From the NCBI RefSeq assembly GCF_009914755.1, contig NC_060928.1: a stretch of DNA of 64,000 bases; one strand, written 5' to 3'. The stretch is from the human T2T-CHM13v2.0 reference genome, Homo sapiens. Position numbers and translations under genes: made by a program. A model generated the notes under the pieces. That model was given only the letters and a program-made list of their open reading frames with translations. It did no database searches and was not told the DNA's origin. Of this stretch, positions 40,161-55,380 are shown piece after piece. How positions within the stretch are numbered: position 1 is the first letter of the stretch; every line of letters begins with the position of its first letter.

Positions 40161-43100
40161 AACACATCACTGGATGGAAAGCCAAAGGAATTATAATATA
40201 TAAAAAGTAAAACATTAAGGGTTTTTTTATATTTAATTTTACTTTAGAACCTATGACATAAAATTATTTTGATTCCTGGGGTGGAGGGGTGCTCATCTTT
40301 TCATTATTGGGGAGGAAGAATTGCATTTTTCCAGAGATTTCTTTTTCTGTGTCCAGTCATTTTCAAGTACTACCCATATAGGAACACATAGAGATAGTGC
40401 TCTTGGTGCTCCTTATGCTACTCACATAGTGTCCATTTGCATTTTGATAGTGTAAGCTTCTGATTTTAATTCCTATGGAGGCCATTCATTTCACAAGCTG
40501 GAATAGGTCCTGAGACTAGGTGCATCACTTAACATCTGTGTGTCAGGGGTAAGGGCACAAATGTAGGACTCTGGCCTGCTGCAGTCCACTTATTTCTTCC
40601 AGGCCCCAGTGGTGTTTCATAACCAGAAGTACCGTGTACACAATCCTATGGACTACAAAACAGAGCAGCACATATGTCTCAACTTCCCTAAACCTCACCT
40701 CATCTCCAAGCCTAGCTGAGAGCCAGCATTTCTTGGCTAAGCTGCCAGCCTAGGGATAATGTGTGCTGATGGTGGGCTCTTCCTTGAGAGGATGGAACCA
40801 GGTAAGGAGCTCATTGAAAGGTCCTGATTGCAGCCTTATAGGTGTTAGGCAGGGGATTTGGGGATCCTGACTTTTAGAATGTGATCTAGATGTAGCATGG
40901 ATTTTTGGTGATTCAGTCCCACTGGCCATGTGATTTTCCTTGCTCCACAGGTTGGAATAACCTCCTCTAAACTATGAACCCAGGGCAATACTCATTGATG
41001 AAAGGACATTCCTATGTGCAACAGTTTACCAAGTTGTATCCTTTTAATGCCAGGTAAATTTCACTCCTGTCTTCACATCAGAGTATAGCCTTTGAAGACC
41101 CTGTTTCTGTGCAATGGTACAATCCCCACTATAAATGGTATTTATGCATTTCTCTTTTCTCAAACAACTGCAACTAGAACCCAAGGCTCAACATTTCTGA
41201 TACTGGTAAATACTACTAGCATTTGAATACTCAGTTACTGGTTTCAAACACTTGCTATTTTTTGCACCCTAGAGATTTCTCTAGCCATTTTTTTTTTTTG
41301 AGAGTTTAGCTATTCATTTAGTAGACTGTTTGTTGTAATATATTAAGAATATGTAAGTATATTTTAAAAGTTGGTTTTAAATTTTAAGTTTTTTCAAAAT
41401 ATGAAGCTTATCAAACAGCTGAAAGTGGAGGCCCCACACTCCTGTTTAAACCACTTTTGATATTCATGTTATAAAATATATAGAATCATTCTTTTGTTGT
41501 ATTCTTAGTTTACATTTTCTCTTTCCCGTATAATTTTCAGCTCTGGAGTTTTTTTTTTTTTGGGGGAAAGTAATAACTGCTCTAACTCAACATTTTCATC
41601 TTTGTTTGGCAGGAGATTATTTTTTAATATTGATTATATTTCTAAATAATTAAATACAGTAACTTATTTTCAAATTTACCATGTCTGGATTTAGTTTAAT
41701 AATATTTGCCTTCGACATTTTCAATCTAGTCTTTCTACTAGAGGAAATTAGATTGTAATATATTTTTATAAGGATAAAATTGGCTTTATTATCATTTCCA
41801 GTTTACAAAATTAATGTTTTATTTCATTTTGCTTATAAAGATTGAGATTCTAAGTTGGTTTGGTTGATGTAGCAAAAGTAATTATAACAAGAAAATATTG
41901 CTTAGAAAAAATAACTTTACAATAACTCCCAGTTAACATATTTTTATGTCTCTATTTCACAGCAAGGAACTCTTTTTATTTTAGGCTATGTAGTGTCTAC
42001 ATGAAAGCGTGTGATTTTTACTGTAAAAGGAATTCATTTGTGTGCATATTAAAAAATAAAGACATGCTGTATAAAACAGCTGAAAATGTACAGCTACATG
42101 TAGATATAGCAACTGTTTGCAGGTACTCTATATTCTTAAAGGGTACAATATTTCAAAAACTGAACAAACGGCAAACACTCTTAAAGTCAAAGTGCAAATG
42201 TACAGAATTTTTATTATGGAAAATAATTTTATAGATACACAATTTGAAATAATGTTAAATGAACCATAAGGTTTTAGTAGAAAACATTTTAAATATAGTA
42301 AATTATTAAATCATTGGTTACTTTGACACCTTAATAAAAGACTTAACTAAAGCAGAAAAAAGAAAGCAGGCTTTAAAATAATGTGTACTCTCTCATTTAT
42401 GCTGTGTTCATATATTACATGCAAATCTAATAAGCACATAAAAATTAAGATGTTATAAGTATATTCTAAATGGGATATTTTATCTATTATGAAATTGAAT
42501 TTTTATGACTTGCAATTTGGGGAATTTCCATAAATAATTGTAGTTCATTATTTCATCACATTTTAATATTTTTCTAAAACCTTTTTTATGTGGAACTAAC
42601 AATATAGTAATAGTCAAGTAATATTTCAGCAGTCAATAACTACCTCTTTATAAACTCTTTCTATTTTTAGCACCAGAAGCAATGCAATTTTGATCTAGTC
42701 TTGCCTTATCATTTCCAGCTGTCTGCCTTGTTTGTTAGGATCTGTACATTCTGTTTGATTTTTTGCCAACGTACCATTACTCTCATCATCTCACCATCTC
42801 TCCATTATCTATATTACGTCTTCATCCTCCAGATTTTCCATTTATATGTCACTTTTCTCTGATACTAAGTTGCTTTGAGGTATATTTTTAATTGTGCCAC
42901 TTAGACTATTGAAATATGCTACTATCTGAGGGAGAAATGATATTTATTGAAATGATTTTTGTTGCAGAAAGGAATGGCCAGATCAATTTTAATGCCAACA
43001 AGCATTGTGACTATGATAACTTAATTATCAATTTCTCTTTCCAAACTTCCAGGCTCTCAAATACAACAGCCAATCACCATGCTCCCAAGTAACATGAACA

Positions 43101-43501
43101 ATGAAGGAAGAAAATTTAGAAGAGCCACAGGAATTTAGGGAGAAGTTTCTAAGATAATATTGAAGGGTTATGTTGTATTAGGACAGTTTTATCTATTCAG
43201 GAAGGCATTTAGCAACCATTTACTTATTTACCATTTGCTGTATAATATTAATACGATATGAATATATACTGATGACATACAATATTTAATAGAATAAATT
43301 ACATATGATAGATTCAGGCTTAACCTAATGAAAGAATCTGCTAAGATATTTCTAAGTTAATATATTTAAGTCATTCACTATTCACCAAGGTTTGAATTTG
43401 AAGATAGCTATTCCAGACCATTTCAGAAATACTACCATAGGCAGAAAGAACAGGGAGGAATACATTACACTCAGAATTGACTAATTTCTAAAACCTCTTT
43501 C

Positions 43502-44195
43502 CTTTGGGTAAATACCCAGTAATGGGATTGCTGGATTGAATGGTAGCTCTACTCTTATTTATTTAAGGAACTCTTATACTATTTTCCATAGTGGTTATAT
43601 TAATTTCCATCCCCCAAGCAGTGTAAAAGTATTCCCTTTTCATCATATCCATGCCAATATCTTTTTTTTTAACTTCTTAGTAATGGCAATTCTTGCAGGA
43701 GTAAGGTGGTATTTCATCGTGGTTTTAATTTGCATTTCCCTGGTGATTAGTGATGTTTTTTCATGTGTTTGTTGGCTATTTGTATATCTTCTTTTGAGAA
43801 ACGTCCTTTGCCCACTTTTTGATAGGATTATTTGTTTTCTTCTTGCTGATTTGTTTGAGTTCCTTGCAGGCCATTATTCTAAATGAAGTAACTCAGGAAT
43901 AGAGAACTAAATACTGCATGTTCTCACTTATAAGTGGGAGCTGAGCTATGAGGATGCAAAGACATACAGAGTGATGTAATGGACTCTGGGGACTCCAGGT
44001 GGGGAGGAGATTGGGAGGGGGTGAGGGATAAAAGACTACATTTGGGCACAGTGTACACTGCTTGGTGAGGGGTGCACTAAAATCTCAGAATTTGCCACTA
44101 AAGACCTCATCCATGTAACCAAAACACATCTGTACCCCCAAAACTATTGAAATTCATAATGAAAGAATATCCACAGGAAAAATAATAAAATAAAA
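43502..44195 (+). mobile_element. L1PB with 5' inversion
   Basis: Antisense L1 43502-~43868 joined to sense L1 3' end ~43868-44195 with A-rich tail; TSD taaaacct(c/g)tttc at 43489-43501 and 44196-44208. Confidence 0.88.
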
Positions 44196-44659
44196 TAAAA
44201 CCTGTTTCACTGTATGGCAACTCTAATGTCAAGATCTACTTCTGTTTTTTTTTTTTTTTTTTTTCCAAATCTTCATTTTGATCACTGAGAAGAGAAGAAT
44301 GCAGTAATAGGAAAAGAACATACTGCCCAGTGTAGTCGAAAAAAATGTATGAATGCAATGTACCCATGGAAAATATGGTGTGTTTTCCTTTCTCCTCATT
44401 GTTTTATTTGGTTTGGTTTGATTGGATTCGCTTATTTAATTGTACGAGATAAATAAATTATAGTTTGGAAAGAATTTTTTTTAAATTTCTGATTAGTAAT
44501 GAAGGACCTAAGGACTTAGATTGTGATGTTAAAAGAAGTAATAGATATTCTTGTAGCTAATATTTTTATTCAGAATTATAAAAAAATAAACAAATTGTAT
44601 TAAATATACCAAATGTATATGTTGACACATGTATTAAAATGTTTGTCTATGTGTGTGTA

Positions 44660-46625
44660 CATATGTATGTGCATGATACAGTACAGTTCTGTGAGTTTTG
44701 TCAGTTGCTTACATGTGCATTGACTGTCAGTTAACGTATATAGCAAATTCATCTCCTCAGAAAAATCACTTAAGAGACTTCCAAGAAAATTCCACCCTCA
44801 ACAATAGAGACTGTTCTGGTTTCTTTAGCCATATATTTGTGGGTTTTTTCTGCTTTAGAACTTCAAATAAATAAAATCATACAGCATGCATTCTTTTCTG
44901 TCTGGCTACTTTCACTCAACCTAATGTTTTTGAGATCTATACATGCTGTCATGTACATAAATAGCTTGGCCACTTTTTATTTTTTCATACTCAACTATTT
45001 ACCTATAAAATAATTTGTTTATCCATTCTCATTTTCATAGACATTTGAGTCGTCTCCAGTTTTGACTATTATGAATAGAGCTGATGTGCTCATCTGTGTA
45101 CAAGTATTTTTTTGTACCGATATGTTTTCATTTCTCTTGGGAAAAATGCTAGAAGCCAAATTGGTATGTCATATGGCAGGTGTGTGTTTAACTTCATAAA
45201 AAATTGCCAAACCTGATTTACAAAGTTGTTTTTCCAGTGTATATTCTCACCAGATATGCATATCTGGTTGCTTCTAATAGTCAGTAACTTGATGGTGTCA
45301 ATCTTTTACACTTTAACCATTCTAGTGGATATATATCAGTATTTCATTATGGTTTTAATATGTGTTTCCTTGATGACATGTAATTTTGAATACTTTATGT
45401 ACAATGCTTATCTAAGTTCTCTATTTTTTAAATTGAGTCATTTGTCTTACTAGTATTGACTTATAAGTAGGGTTTATATGTTCTAGATCCAAGTATCTTG
45501 TCTGAAATATATTTTACAAATATTTCCTTAATTTTTGGCTTGTCTATTACCTTCTTTATTGGAGTTTTAATTCTCAGAATTTTTTAATTGTAAGGAAGTC
45601 TATTTGATCAATTTTATCTTTTTGCTTTAGTGGCTTGACTGAAAATCAAGTGATTGTAGAAATATGGACTATTTCTGAGCTATTATTTGGGTATTGTTTA
45701 TCTGCTTTGCTTACCTTTATGCTGAAAGCATACTGTCTTCATTATTAAAACTTTAATAATCTTATCTTTATATTTGTATCAATTTTTTGAAATTTAATCA
45801 TTCTCTTTAAATATTGTTCTGCTCCAATTTTCCTCTTCTCTCCAAGCAGTTCAACAATATTTATATGAATCTGTTTAATACTATGCACATCAGACTATGT
45901 TTTTATTAATCTTTTTCTGCCTTTTATTCCTTCTGTGTTTTATAGATTACATAGATTCTTGGCAGTTTCTACTTGGTAGAATCTACTTATGTAGGTTCTA
46001 TCTTCAAGTTCATTAATCTTTTTTTTTTTCTGGAGATACTAAACTGACTATATAGTGATTTATTTTTTACTTTTAATACTGTATTTTTGAGTACAAGGTA
46101 TTGCATTTTGTTATTTTTATATCATCCATTTCTATCACCAACTTGATTTTCCTTCAAATATTTAAATATATTTGTAATAGCTCTTTTATACAACCATCTA
46201 ATAATTTTATCTTTGTCATTTAATGCTGTTTTAATTGATTAACTTTCCCCTAGTTATGGGTCATATTTCCTGCTTCTTTGCATATCTAGTAATCTTTGAA
46301 TAAATAGTTTACCTCATGTTTTATGTTACCAGTTCACTGGATATTGTTGTTGTCCTTTAAATGATGTTAGGCTTTGCTAAGCAGGTGGACGCCAAAACCG
46401 AGTTGCTCTGCTCGGGTTTCTCTTCTTTGTGTAGTAGTCCATAGAGTGACTCCAGGCAAAAAAATAAGCAGCTTACTTATGCAAAAGATCACAGTCATAT
46501 GCTGTTTGTTTTCCAATACTTGAACAGTTCTCTTATTTATTGTGTCAAATTTTACACTTGTACACTTGGCAGGGCAAGTCCAGTACCAGTTATTTCATCA
46601 AAATTATACGCAGATAGATTGGTGT
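44660..46625 (-). mobile_element. Old L1M (MC/ME) fragments
   Basis: tgtctggctactttcactcaac, gtttatccattctc, tatttcattatggttttaat motifs; distal part more degraded. Confidence 0.7.
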
Positions 46626-46636
46626 TATTTAAATGA

Positions 46637-46933
<297 letters not shown>

Positions 46934-47562
46934 TAAGTGATACTTTCAAAATTTAATTTTTGTTGAAAAATCACATATAAAAATGTATGCCAACAGAATT
47001 TTTAGGTTTCTCTTAAAAAATTATAAATGTTTTCAGTTTTAAACAAAACTTAATTAACTCAGAATATCATATATTTTCTGTTACTCCTGGTGGAAAAAAG
47101 TAGGAATATTTTGGTCAACTACTTTCTTATCTATTAAAATACTCTCCTTTCTATAAGTTCAACTAACAAGACATTGTCTTTGTAAAAAAATTTCTCAAGT
47201 TCTAAAAGTTCACTGTGATTCCTATACCTGTATATTTTACAGCTCTATTACTACAATCCGTTTTCTTCATATTTTTTCCTATATCCTCTCCCAATATTTT
47301 GAATGTTTCTTGGTGCAACAATATTGAAATGTCAAAAACATAAATATAATAAATTTATAGATAATAAAAAAACATAACCTAGACAGTCATCCAGAGGCCT
47401 TCAAAATTAAAATTCTTAGAAAGATGAAAAGAGAATAATTTGTAGCTACAGCTAGTTAAAAACCTGGTAATTCATTAAGACTTTGTACTCAATGCATTTT
47501 CTATGTGTTTTATTAGAAGATGGAGTCTGAAGAAATAGATAATATAAAAGGCATATTTGTTA

Positions 47563-47862
47563 CTTTATTTTATTTTACTTTGTCTTTTGAAGAGACAGGG
47601 TCCCACATTGTCACCCAGGCTGGAGTTCATAGCTCACTGCAGCCTTGAACTCCTAGGCTCAAGTTTCCTCCCTCCTCAGCCTCCTGAGTAGCTGAGACTA
47701 CAGACACATGCCACCATACTGGGCTAATTTTTAAAAATTTATTGTAGCAATGGCATCTCACTATGTTGCCCAGGCTGATCTCAAACTCCTGGCCTCAAGC
47801 AATGCCTCAATCTAGGCCTTCCAAAGTTATTGGATCACAGGCATGAGCCACTGTCCCTAGCC
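47563..47862 (-). mobile_element. AluJ
   Basis: gagacagggtc, catagctcactgcagccttgaactcc, ggcctcaagc. Confidence 0.9.
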
Positions 47863-48277
47863 CAACAGCATTTAAAAATTTTGCTTCCTATATATTTTTC
47901 ACGGTAGTGAATATAAGTATTAATATAAGTATAGTCTTTGAAAATGGAATTGGAAGGAACACAGAGCCAAAATAAGTTTTTTTTAAAATAAGGATTTAGA
48001 TTTAAGCACATCAAATATCCACTTTTTATGGAAAAATATGATTAACCAAAAAATTATTGTTAACTAAGAAGCTGCAATTCATTGTCAAAGATTCAATAAA
48101 TGGCACTACTCAAGTGGAAATAAATTTAAGAGTTTGGAAACAGCACGTGAAAATAGTTCTCAGTTTACTATTCAAATCTACAGTTTATTCACTTAATGTG
48201 GCCCATTGGTGACTGAAAACATCATTGGCTTGGGCACTTATCTGGAATAAATGCTGACCCCCTAAAATTGTACCTAT

Positions 48278-48687
48278 TGTTATGAACTCACTTGTGTCAC
48301 CTTAAAATTAAGAGGTTGAAGCTCGAACTCTTAGTGACTGTATTTGGAGATAAGACCTTTGAGGTGGTAATTAAGGTTAAATGAGGTTATAAGGGTGGGG
48401 ATGTAATTCAGTAGAGCTGGTGTCCTTTTAATAAAAAGAGAAGAAATAGCAGATTCTCTTTCTCTGCTCTCTCTCTCTCTGTACCTTCATAAAGATCAGA
48501 CAGCTTGAGGACACAGTGAAAAGGTGGCTTGCCTGCAAGCCAGGAAGAGAGGCCTCACCAGAAACCAACCCTGCCAGCACCTTGATTTTGGACTTTTAGC
48601 CGCCAAAACTGGGAGAAAATAAATGGCTCTTGCTTAAGCCACCCAGTCTGTAATATTCTGTTAGGGAAGCCCAAGCAAACTAATATA
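48278..48687 (+). mobile_element. MLT1A/B solo LTR
   Basis: tgttatg start; tatttggagataagacctttg, gcaagccaggaagagaggcctcaccagaaacc. Confidence 0.87.
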
Positions 48688-50558
48688 TACCAACTAATAT
48701 GTTTTTCTATGATTTGCACACTGCTCCTTGGGGAAATAGGTAGTAACCACCAAGGTCCAAGCTGCTAGCGAACAAGCTAGCTCCCTGACTCTAGTTTATC
48801 CACGTCCCTTTGACTATATCTAGCTTCCAGTATCTGCATCTCTATATTAAAAATATTCTATACCTATTATTTACTTAAATATGTAATAATTCAGCTTTAT
48901 TTCTATCAGTTAAAGTAACGATTTTTGTTCTAGGTCTTGAAAACAGTCAAGTTTTGAAAAGTAATTGCTTGTTTATTAACACCACTTGATTTAATAAATA
49001 TAGATTCAATAGAAATAGGTAACTTTTAAAAAAAGAAATGAAGAAATTTAAAAAGACCACAGTGTAATATCATAATTTAAGAAATTGTTTATTAAGTTTT
49101 TATTGGAAATAATCAATTTGACCTCACTTAAATGCAAATGTTGTTTCCACAATAGTTATAAGAAAATTATTTTTTCATTTTTTGTTGCTGTTACGCATTG
49201 TTCTTTACAAGGATAGAGAAGCAATTAATCAAGATCATCTTAACAATAATTTTTCATATGCTCCTTATTTTCATTGACAATAAACTAATTCAATAATGTG
49301 TATTTCAGTATTATATTGAGGACTAGAGACAAAAAAATCCCAAGTCATGCAACTGGGGGCAAGATTCCTTCTTAATATTACTTTTCCAAACTAAGGTCAT
49401 ATAGTTGTATGACTTTTGTGTGTCAGTGCCTTATTCTCCAGAATGTTGAAATGAAAATGAGTCTTTCTCTTTTCAGTTTATTGGGTTCTGATCAAAAATG
49501 ATAAATCAATCCCACTGTTTCCAGAATTTATAGCCAAAGATGTTCCTAGAAAACATATTCTGTTACTGAAGACATAGTGACAATATAAAATGTTCATCAG
49601 AATACCCAATAAAAACCTCTCTCAAGAGTGTAGATTTTTCTTAGAGACCACCTGCCTGAATGTTCCCTTAAAAATTTAGCACATCATTCACTCTTTAATG
49701 TACCTGGGCATCTTATTATCACTGATCCTTTAAGAAAAGTAATAGAAGAAACTTACATATAAAGTAATAATATTCTCCTCCAATAAAGGACCTTAAAAAG
49801 TTATACAGAAAATGAATATGATATTTAATTTCTAGTATTTTAAATAATAGCATATTTTAAATATATATATTGTTAGATTGCAAATTGAACTGAGCTGGCA
49901 TAAATCAAACTATAACTTGCAAAAATAGGTATTTTAATTTGACTTTAGAAAACACAACTACATTTAAAAATTTTCAAAAGCCCACAAAAATTGAAGATCA
50001 AACATAGTTAAATATTTGCAGAAGAATACTTACTAAAATTTTATTTGCAAATTAACCTGTGGATCTAGTACTCCTGCAGAGATTCAATCCCTCCAATTCC
50101 CATGCATTCAAAAGAGAATATATGAAGAAAAATATGAATCTGAACTTAACTGAATTGATGAATTTGGATACTATTCTGAGGAAATGGTAAGCTCTCATGC
50201 CTTAATGGATGAAGGTTGTGTGAAAACTCCCCCAATTCATTATAATTTCCCCTTTTGCTTCCACCTTGTCCCAGTGTTGTTCCATCTGTCAACAATGGCT
50301 GAATAGCTCTTATTCATTTCTAGGAAAGGAGCTAAGCAATTGCTTTATGTAAAAAGTCTTCTCTGACTCTCTGACTGGCTCACCCTGATTTTCATATCCT
50401 TGTTGCCATACTGCTGAAGCACCCAGCATTTGCTTCATTGTAGGCAAACAAACTTACTACAAAAAATAAATAAATATACAATACAACTCATTCTTAACTT
50501 TCTGTCATTCATATCTGATGTTTTCCTCACCAAGTAAGTAGAAATCACTTTCTTCTAA

Positions 50559-50906
<348 letters not shown>

Positions 50907-51698
50907 CTTACCAATTTCAAATAATGAACTTGGTGATAAACTTTCTAGAACTTCTCAAAAGTACATGACATAGCTAATACTCCTCAATATCTTCAAACAT
51001 TTTCATCTTATAGTTTCTGGAACACTAAATATTTTAGAATTTCTCTTGGACAGTCTGGGTTTGCCTTTGCTGAATCCTCTCTGGGATAGTCTTCCCCTTA
51101 TTTCTTTCTCTCATTTTCTCCCTTGGTGAGCCGATCTATTTACTTTCTTTGAAATAAAATTTAAATATTGACTCACAAATTTGTATCTCATGTGCAACTT
51201 TTCTGTTAGCTGCAGATACATTTATCTAACTGCTAACTTATATTCTACTCGTAATCTCTTCCCCTCTGTTCTCCAGAGTAGTATGTCCAATTATTTATAA
51301 AGTATTCAGCACATATTGTAACACTTGTACTTCAAAACCTTCAAAAACATCCCACTGCACCCCAAACAGAGCCCAATTTTGAAGATAGCCTATGTTAACC
51401 TGGTCTGGCCTTACTTTCCTGTCTGAATACATGCCTTACCAGCTCTTCCTCTGCTTCACCAAGTCTATCCACACAATTTTTCCATTAGTTCTTTGAAGAT
51501 AATCAGTTTTTTGCCACATCAGAATTTTTTTATATACCTTCCCTTCTGCGGTAAATTGTCTTCCCCCTCCTCTTCATATAGCTTCACAGTCAATTATTAA
51601 ATTAAGCTGTCCCTCACCTCTTTAAAGCTGATCCTTCTCTTTACAAGCTGTTCACTATCTTTATATCACACATCATAACTTGTCATTAAATTACTTAC

Positions 51699-54478
51699 TG
51701 ATAGAGTCTGGATGTCCCTTCCAACTCTCATATTGAGATATAATCTCTCTCAGGAGGTGGGGTGTGGTGGGAAGTGTTTGGGTCATGGGGGTAGATCCTT
51801 CATGGTTTGATGCTTTCCTTGTGATAGTGGGTAAGTTCTTGACAAATATGATTGTTTAAAAGTATGTGATACCTCCCGGGACCCCTCTCTTGCCAGGGGA
51901 CATGCCTATTTCTGCTTCCCTGAGGCCTCCCCAGAAACTGAGCAGATGTTAGTGCCATGCTTCCTATACAGCCTGCAGAACTATAAGACAATTAAATCTC
52001 TTTTCTTTATAAATTACCCCGTCTCTGGTATTTTTTATAGCAATGTAAGATAGCCTAACACGAAAAATTGGTACCAAGGAGTGGGGCATTGCTATAAGAT
52101 ACCTGAAAATGTCGAAGAAACTTTGGAACTAGGTAACTGAAAGAAGTTGAAATAATTTGGAAGGCTTAGAAGAAAATAGGAAGCTAAGAGAAAGTTTGGA
52201 ACTTCTTAGAGACTAGTTAAATAGTTTTATCGAAAATGCTGACAGTGATATGGATGGTGAAATTGACATGGTTTGGCTCTGTGTCTCCACCCAAATCTTG
52301 TTTCAAATTGTAATCCCCATAATCCCCATGTGTTGAGGGCTGGACCGGGTGGGAGGTGATTGGATCATGGGGGCAGTTTCTGTCATGCCGTTCTTGTGAT
52401 AATGAGTGAGTTCTTATGAGATCTGATTATTTTATAAGGGGCTTTTCCTCCTTCACTCATTTGCTCTCTCTCTCTCTCTCTCCTGTCACCATGTAAGATG
52501 TGCCTCTTTTCCTTTCGCCATGATTGTAAGTTTCCTGAGGCTTCCCCAGCCATGCAGAACTGAGTGAATTAAATTTCATTTCTTTATAAATTACCCAGTC
52601 TTGGGAATGCCTTCATAGCAGTGTGAAAATGGGCTAATATAGAAGTCCAGGTTGATGAGGTCTCAGATGGAAATGAGAAACTTACTGGCAACTGGCGCAA
52701 AGGTCACTCTGGTTATGCCTTAGCAAAAAAAAACTTTGCTGTGTTGTGTTCATGCCCTAGGTATCTATGAAAGTGTGAACTTAGAAATGATGACTTAGGG
52801 CATATGGAAAAGAAATTTCTAAACAGCAAAGCATTTAAGAGGTGGCCTGGTTGCACTCAGATGTGGGAGCAAATAAATAACTTAAAGTTGGAATTTATAA
52901 TTAAAATGGAATCACGGAATTAAAGTTTAGAAAATCTGTAGCCTATGTGGCAAAGAAAGAAAAAACATTACCAGGAGAGGAATACAAGTGAGCTGTGGAG
53001 CAACCACTTGGTAGAGTGATTTGCGTGACTAGGAGGGAGCCACATGCCAATAGCCAAGGCAATGGAAAAAAAGGCCTTGAAGGTATTTCAGAGATCTTTG
53101 AGGAAACCCTCCCATCACAGGCCCAGACGCCTACAAGAAAAGAATGGCTTCATGGGCCAGTGTTGGGATGCCACTGCTCTGCACCATCCCAGCAGAGTGC
53201 TCCTCACATGACAGCCATTCCAGTTCCAGCCTTGGTTCAGAGGGCTTCAGATATAACTCTGGCCACCCCTTAAAAGTGTGCAAGCTACAAGCTTTGGCAG
53301 CTTCCATGTAGTGTTAGCCTGTAAGTGCACAGAGTGCAAATATGAAAGAGACTTGGCAGCCTCTGTCAGGATTTCAGAGGATATACGAGAAAGCCTGGGT
53401 GCCCAGGCAGAGGTCTGCTGCAGGGGCGGAGACCTCACAGAGAACTTCTGCTAGGCAGTGTAGAGGGGAAATGTGCAGTTGGAGACTCCACATAAAGTCC
53501 CCACCAGTGCACTGCCTAGTGGAGCTGTAGGAAAGAAGCCACCATCTTCCAGACCTCAGAATTGCAGATCCAGTGATAGCTTGCACCTGTCATCTGGAAA
53601 AAGCCACAGGCACTCAATGTCATCTCTCGAGAGCAGCCAGGGGAGCTGAACCCTGCAAAGCCACAGGGGTGGGGCTGAACCCTGCAAAGCCACAGGGGTG
53701 GTGCTGTCCAAGGCCTTGGGAGCCCATCCCTTGCACAAGTGTGCCCTAGATGTAGGACATGGTGTCAAAGGAAATCATTTTGGAGCTTTAAGATTTAATG
53801 ACTGCCCTGCTGGGTTTCAGACTCACGTGGGGCCTCTAGATCTCTTCTTTTGGCTAACTTTTCCCTTTTTTAATGGCAGTGTCTATCCAGTATCTATACT
53901 CCAATAGTATCTTAGAAGTAAATAACTTGTTATAATTTTACACAATCATAGATGAATGGAACTCATCACCAGATGAGACTTTGAACTTGGGACTTCTGAG
54001 TTGATTCTGGAATCAGTTGAGACTTTAGGGAACTTTGGAAAGGCATGATTGTATTTTGCAATGTGAGAAGGACATGAGATTTTTTTGGGCCAGAAATAGA
54101 ATGATACAGTTTGAATGTCTTCTCCAAATCTCAGGTTGAGATGTAATTCCCAGTGTTGGAGGTGTGGCCTGGTGGGAGGTTCTTGGGTGATGGGGGTGGA
54201 TATGTCACGGCTTAGCACTGTCCTTATGATAGAGGGTGAGTCATTGAGAGATCTGGTTGTTTAAAAGTGTGTGACACCACCCCTCTTTGCTCCTGCTCTC
54301 ACCATGTGACATGCCTGCTTCTGCTTCCCTGATGTTTACCCAGAAGCCCAGTAGATGCCAGTACCATGCCTCCTCTACAGCCTGCAGGACCATGAGTCAA
54401 TTAACTCACTTTTCTTTATAAATTACCCAGTTTTTGTTATTATTTTTTTTTTTGGTAAAGTAAAAAAGTCCTAACACA
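51699..54478 (+). mobile_element. MSTB provirus, LTR-int-LTR
   Basis: LTRs at 51699-52062 and 54102-54478; internal region starts aaattggtacc; ORFs resemble degenerate MaLR-int frames. Confidence 0.9.
52264..52641 (+). mobile_element. THE1D-like solo LTR nested in MST-int
   Basis: tgacatggtttggctctgtgtc start, ctaatata end; TSD gaaat/gaagt. Confidence 0.9.
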
Positions 54479-55023
54479 CCTATTCAGATGTTAATTTCTG
54501 GTTTCCTCACTTAGACTGAAATTAGAGTGCAAGAAAACAATTATTTTTCTAAATAACTGTTTAAGAAAAGAAGCACTATGTTTATTTCTTTGTTCCCAAG
54601 TACTTGTCTCAGTGCCTTACATGTAATAGGCATATTATAAAAGAGTTTATAATATGATAGAAGTAACCTGAAAACTTTGAAATTAAAGCATGTAAAACAA
54701 ACTTATTTTGCTGAGCCATAATATGGAGATATGCTCTTTCATTTATTTAATAAGAGTTCAACCAATGTTACCAGTATGAAGAACTCTACAGAGAAATTAG
54801 ATATTTAGGAGAGGTCTAAATTCTATCATAATTCAATTATTAATTTATTCTCAAATATTTATAACCCATCTTCTCTGACACATTGGAGATAGAACTATAA
54901 ACAGAACAAAGCCCTGTCCTCAGTTTAATATGCAATACACTAAAATAAGCACTTATTTAAATATTGAATTATACAGTCAGTACATGAAAACTTTAAAAAA
55001 AATGTTTGATTTATAATAAATGT

Positions 55024-55380
55024 TGTATTAGTCTATTTTGACACTGCTGTAAAGAACTTCCTGAGATTGGGTAATTTATAAAGGAAAAAGGTTTAATTGA
55101 CTTACAGTTCTGCATGTCTAGGATCCGCAGGAAACTTACAATCAGGGCTGAAGGGGAAGCAAGCACATCTTACTTAGTGGCATGCAAGAGAGAAAATGAA
55201 GAGGAAAGAGCCCCTTATAAAACCATCAGATCTTGAAAGAGCTCACTTACTATTATGAGAACATTACGGGGGAAGACCACCCCGATGATTCAGTCACCTC
55301 CCATGAGGTCTTTCCCTCAACACCTGAGGATTACAATTCAAGATAAGATCTGGGTGGAGACACAAAGCCTATTTATATCA
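55024..55380 (-). mobile_element. THE1D/MSTA solo LTR
   Basis: tgtattagtc start, tatatca end; TSD aatgt/gatgt. Confidence 0.9.

Larger units (their letters stand above)
50920..54650 (+). mobile_element. L2 remnant interrupted by an MST provirus
   Basis: Pyrimidine-rich L2-like sequence 50920-51698; L2 3'-end-like cagtgccttacatgtaataggc at about 54610. Confidence 0.55.

Noticed and set aside
40330-41400. Moderately GC-richer unassigned block
   Set aside because: Probably an old repeat remnant, but I could not recognise a family or any defining structure.
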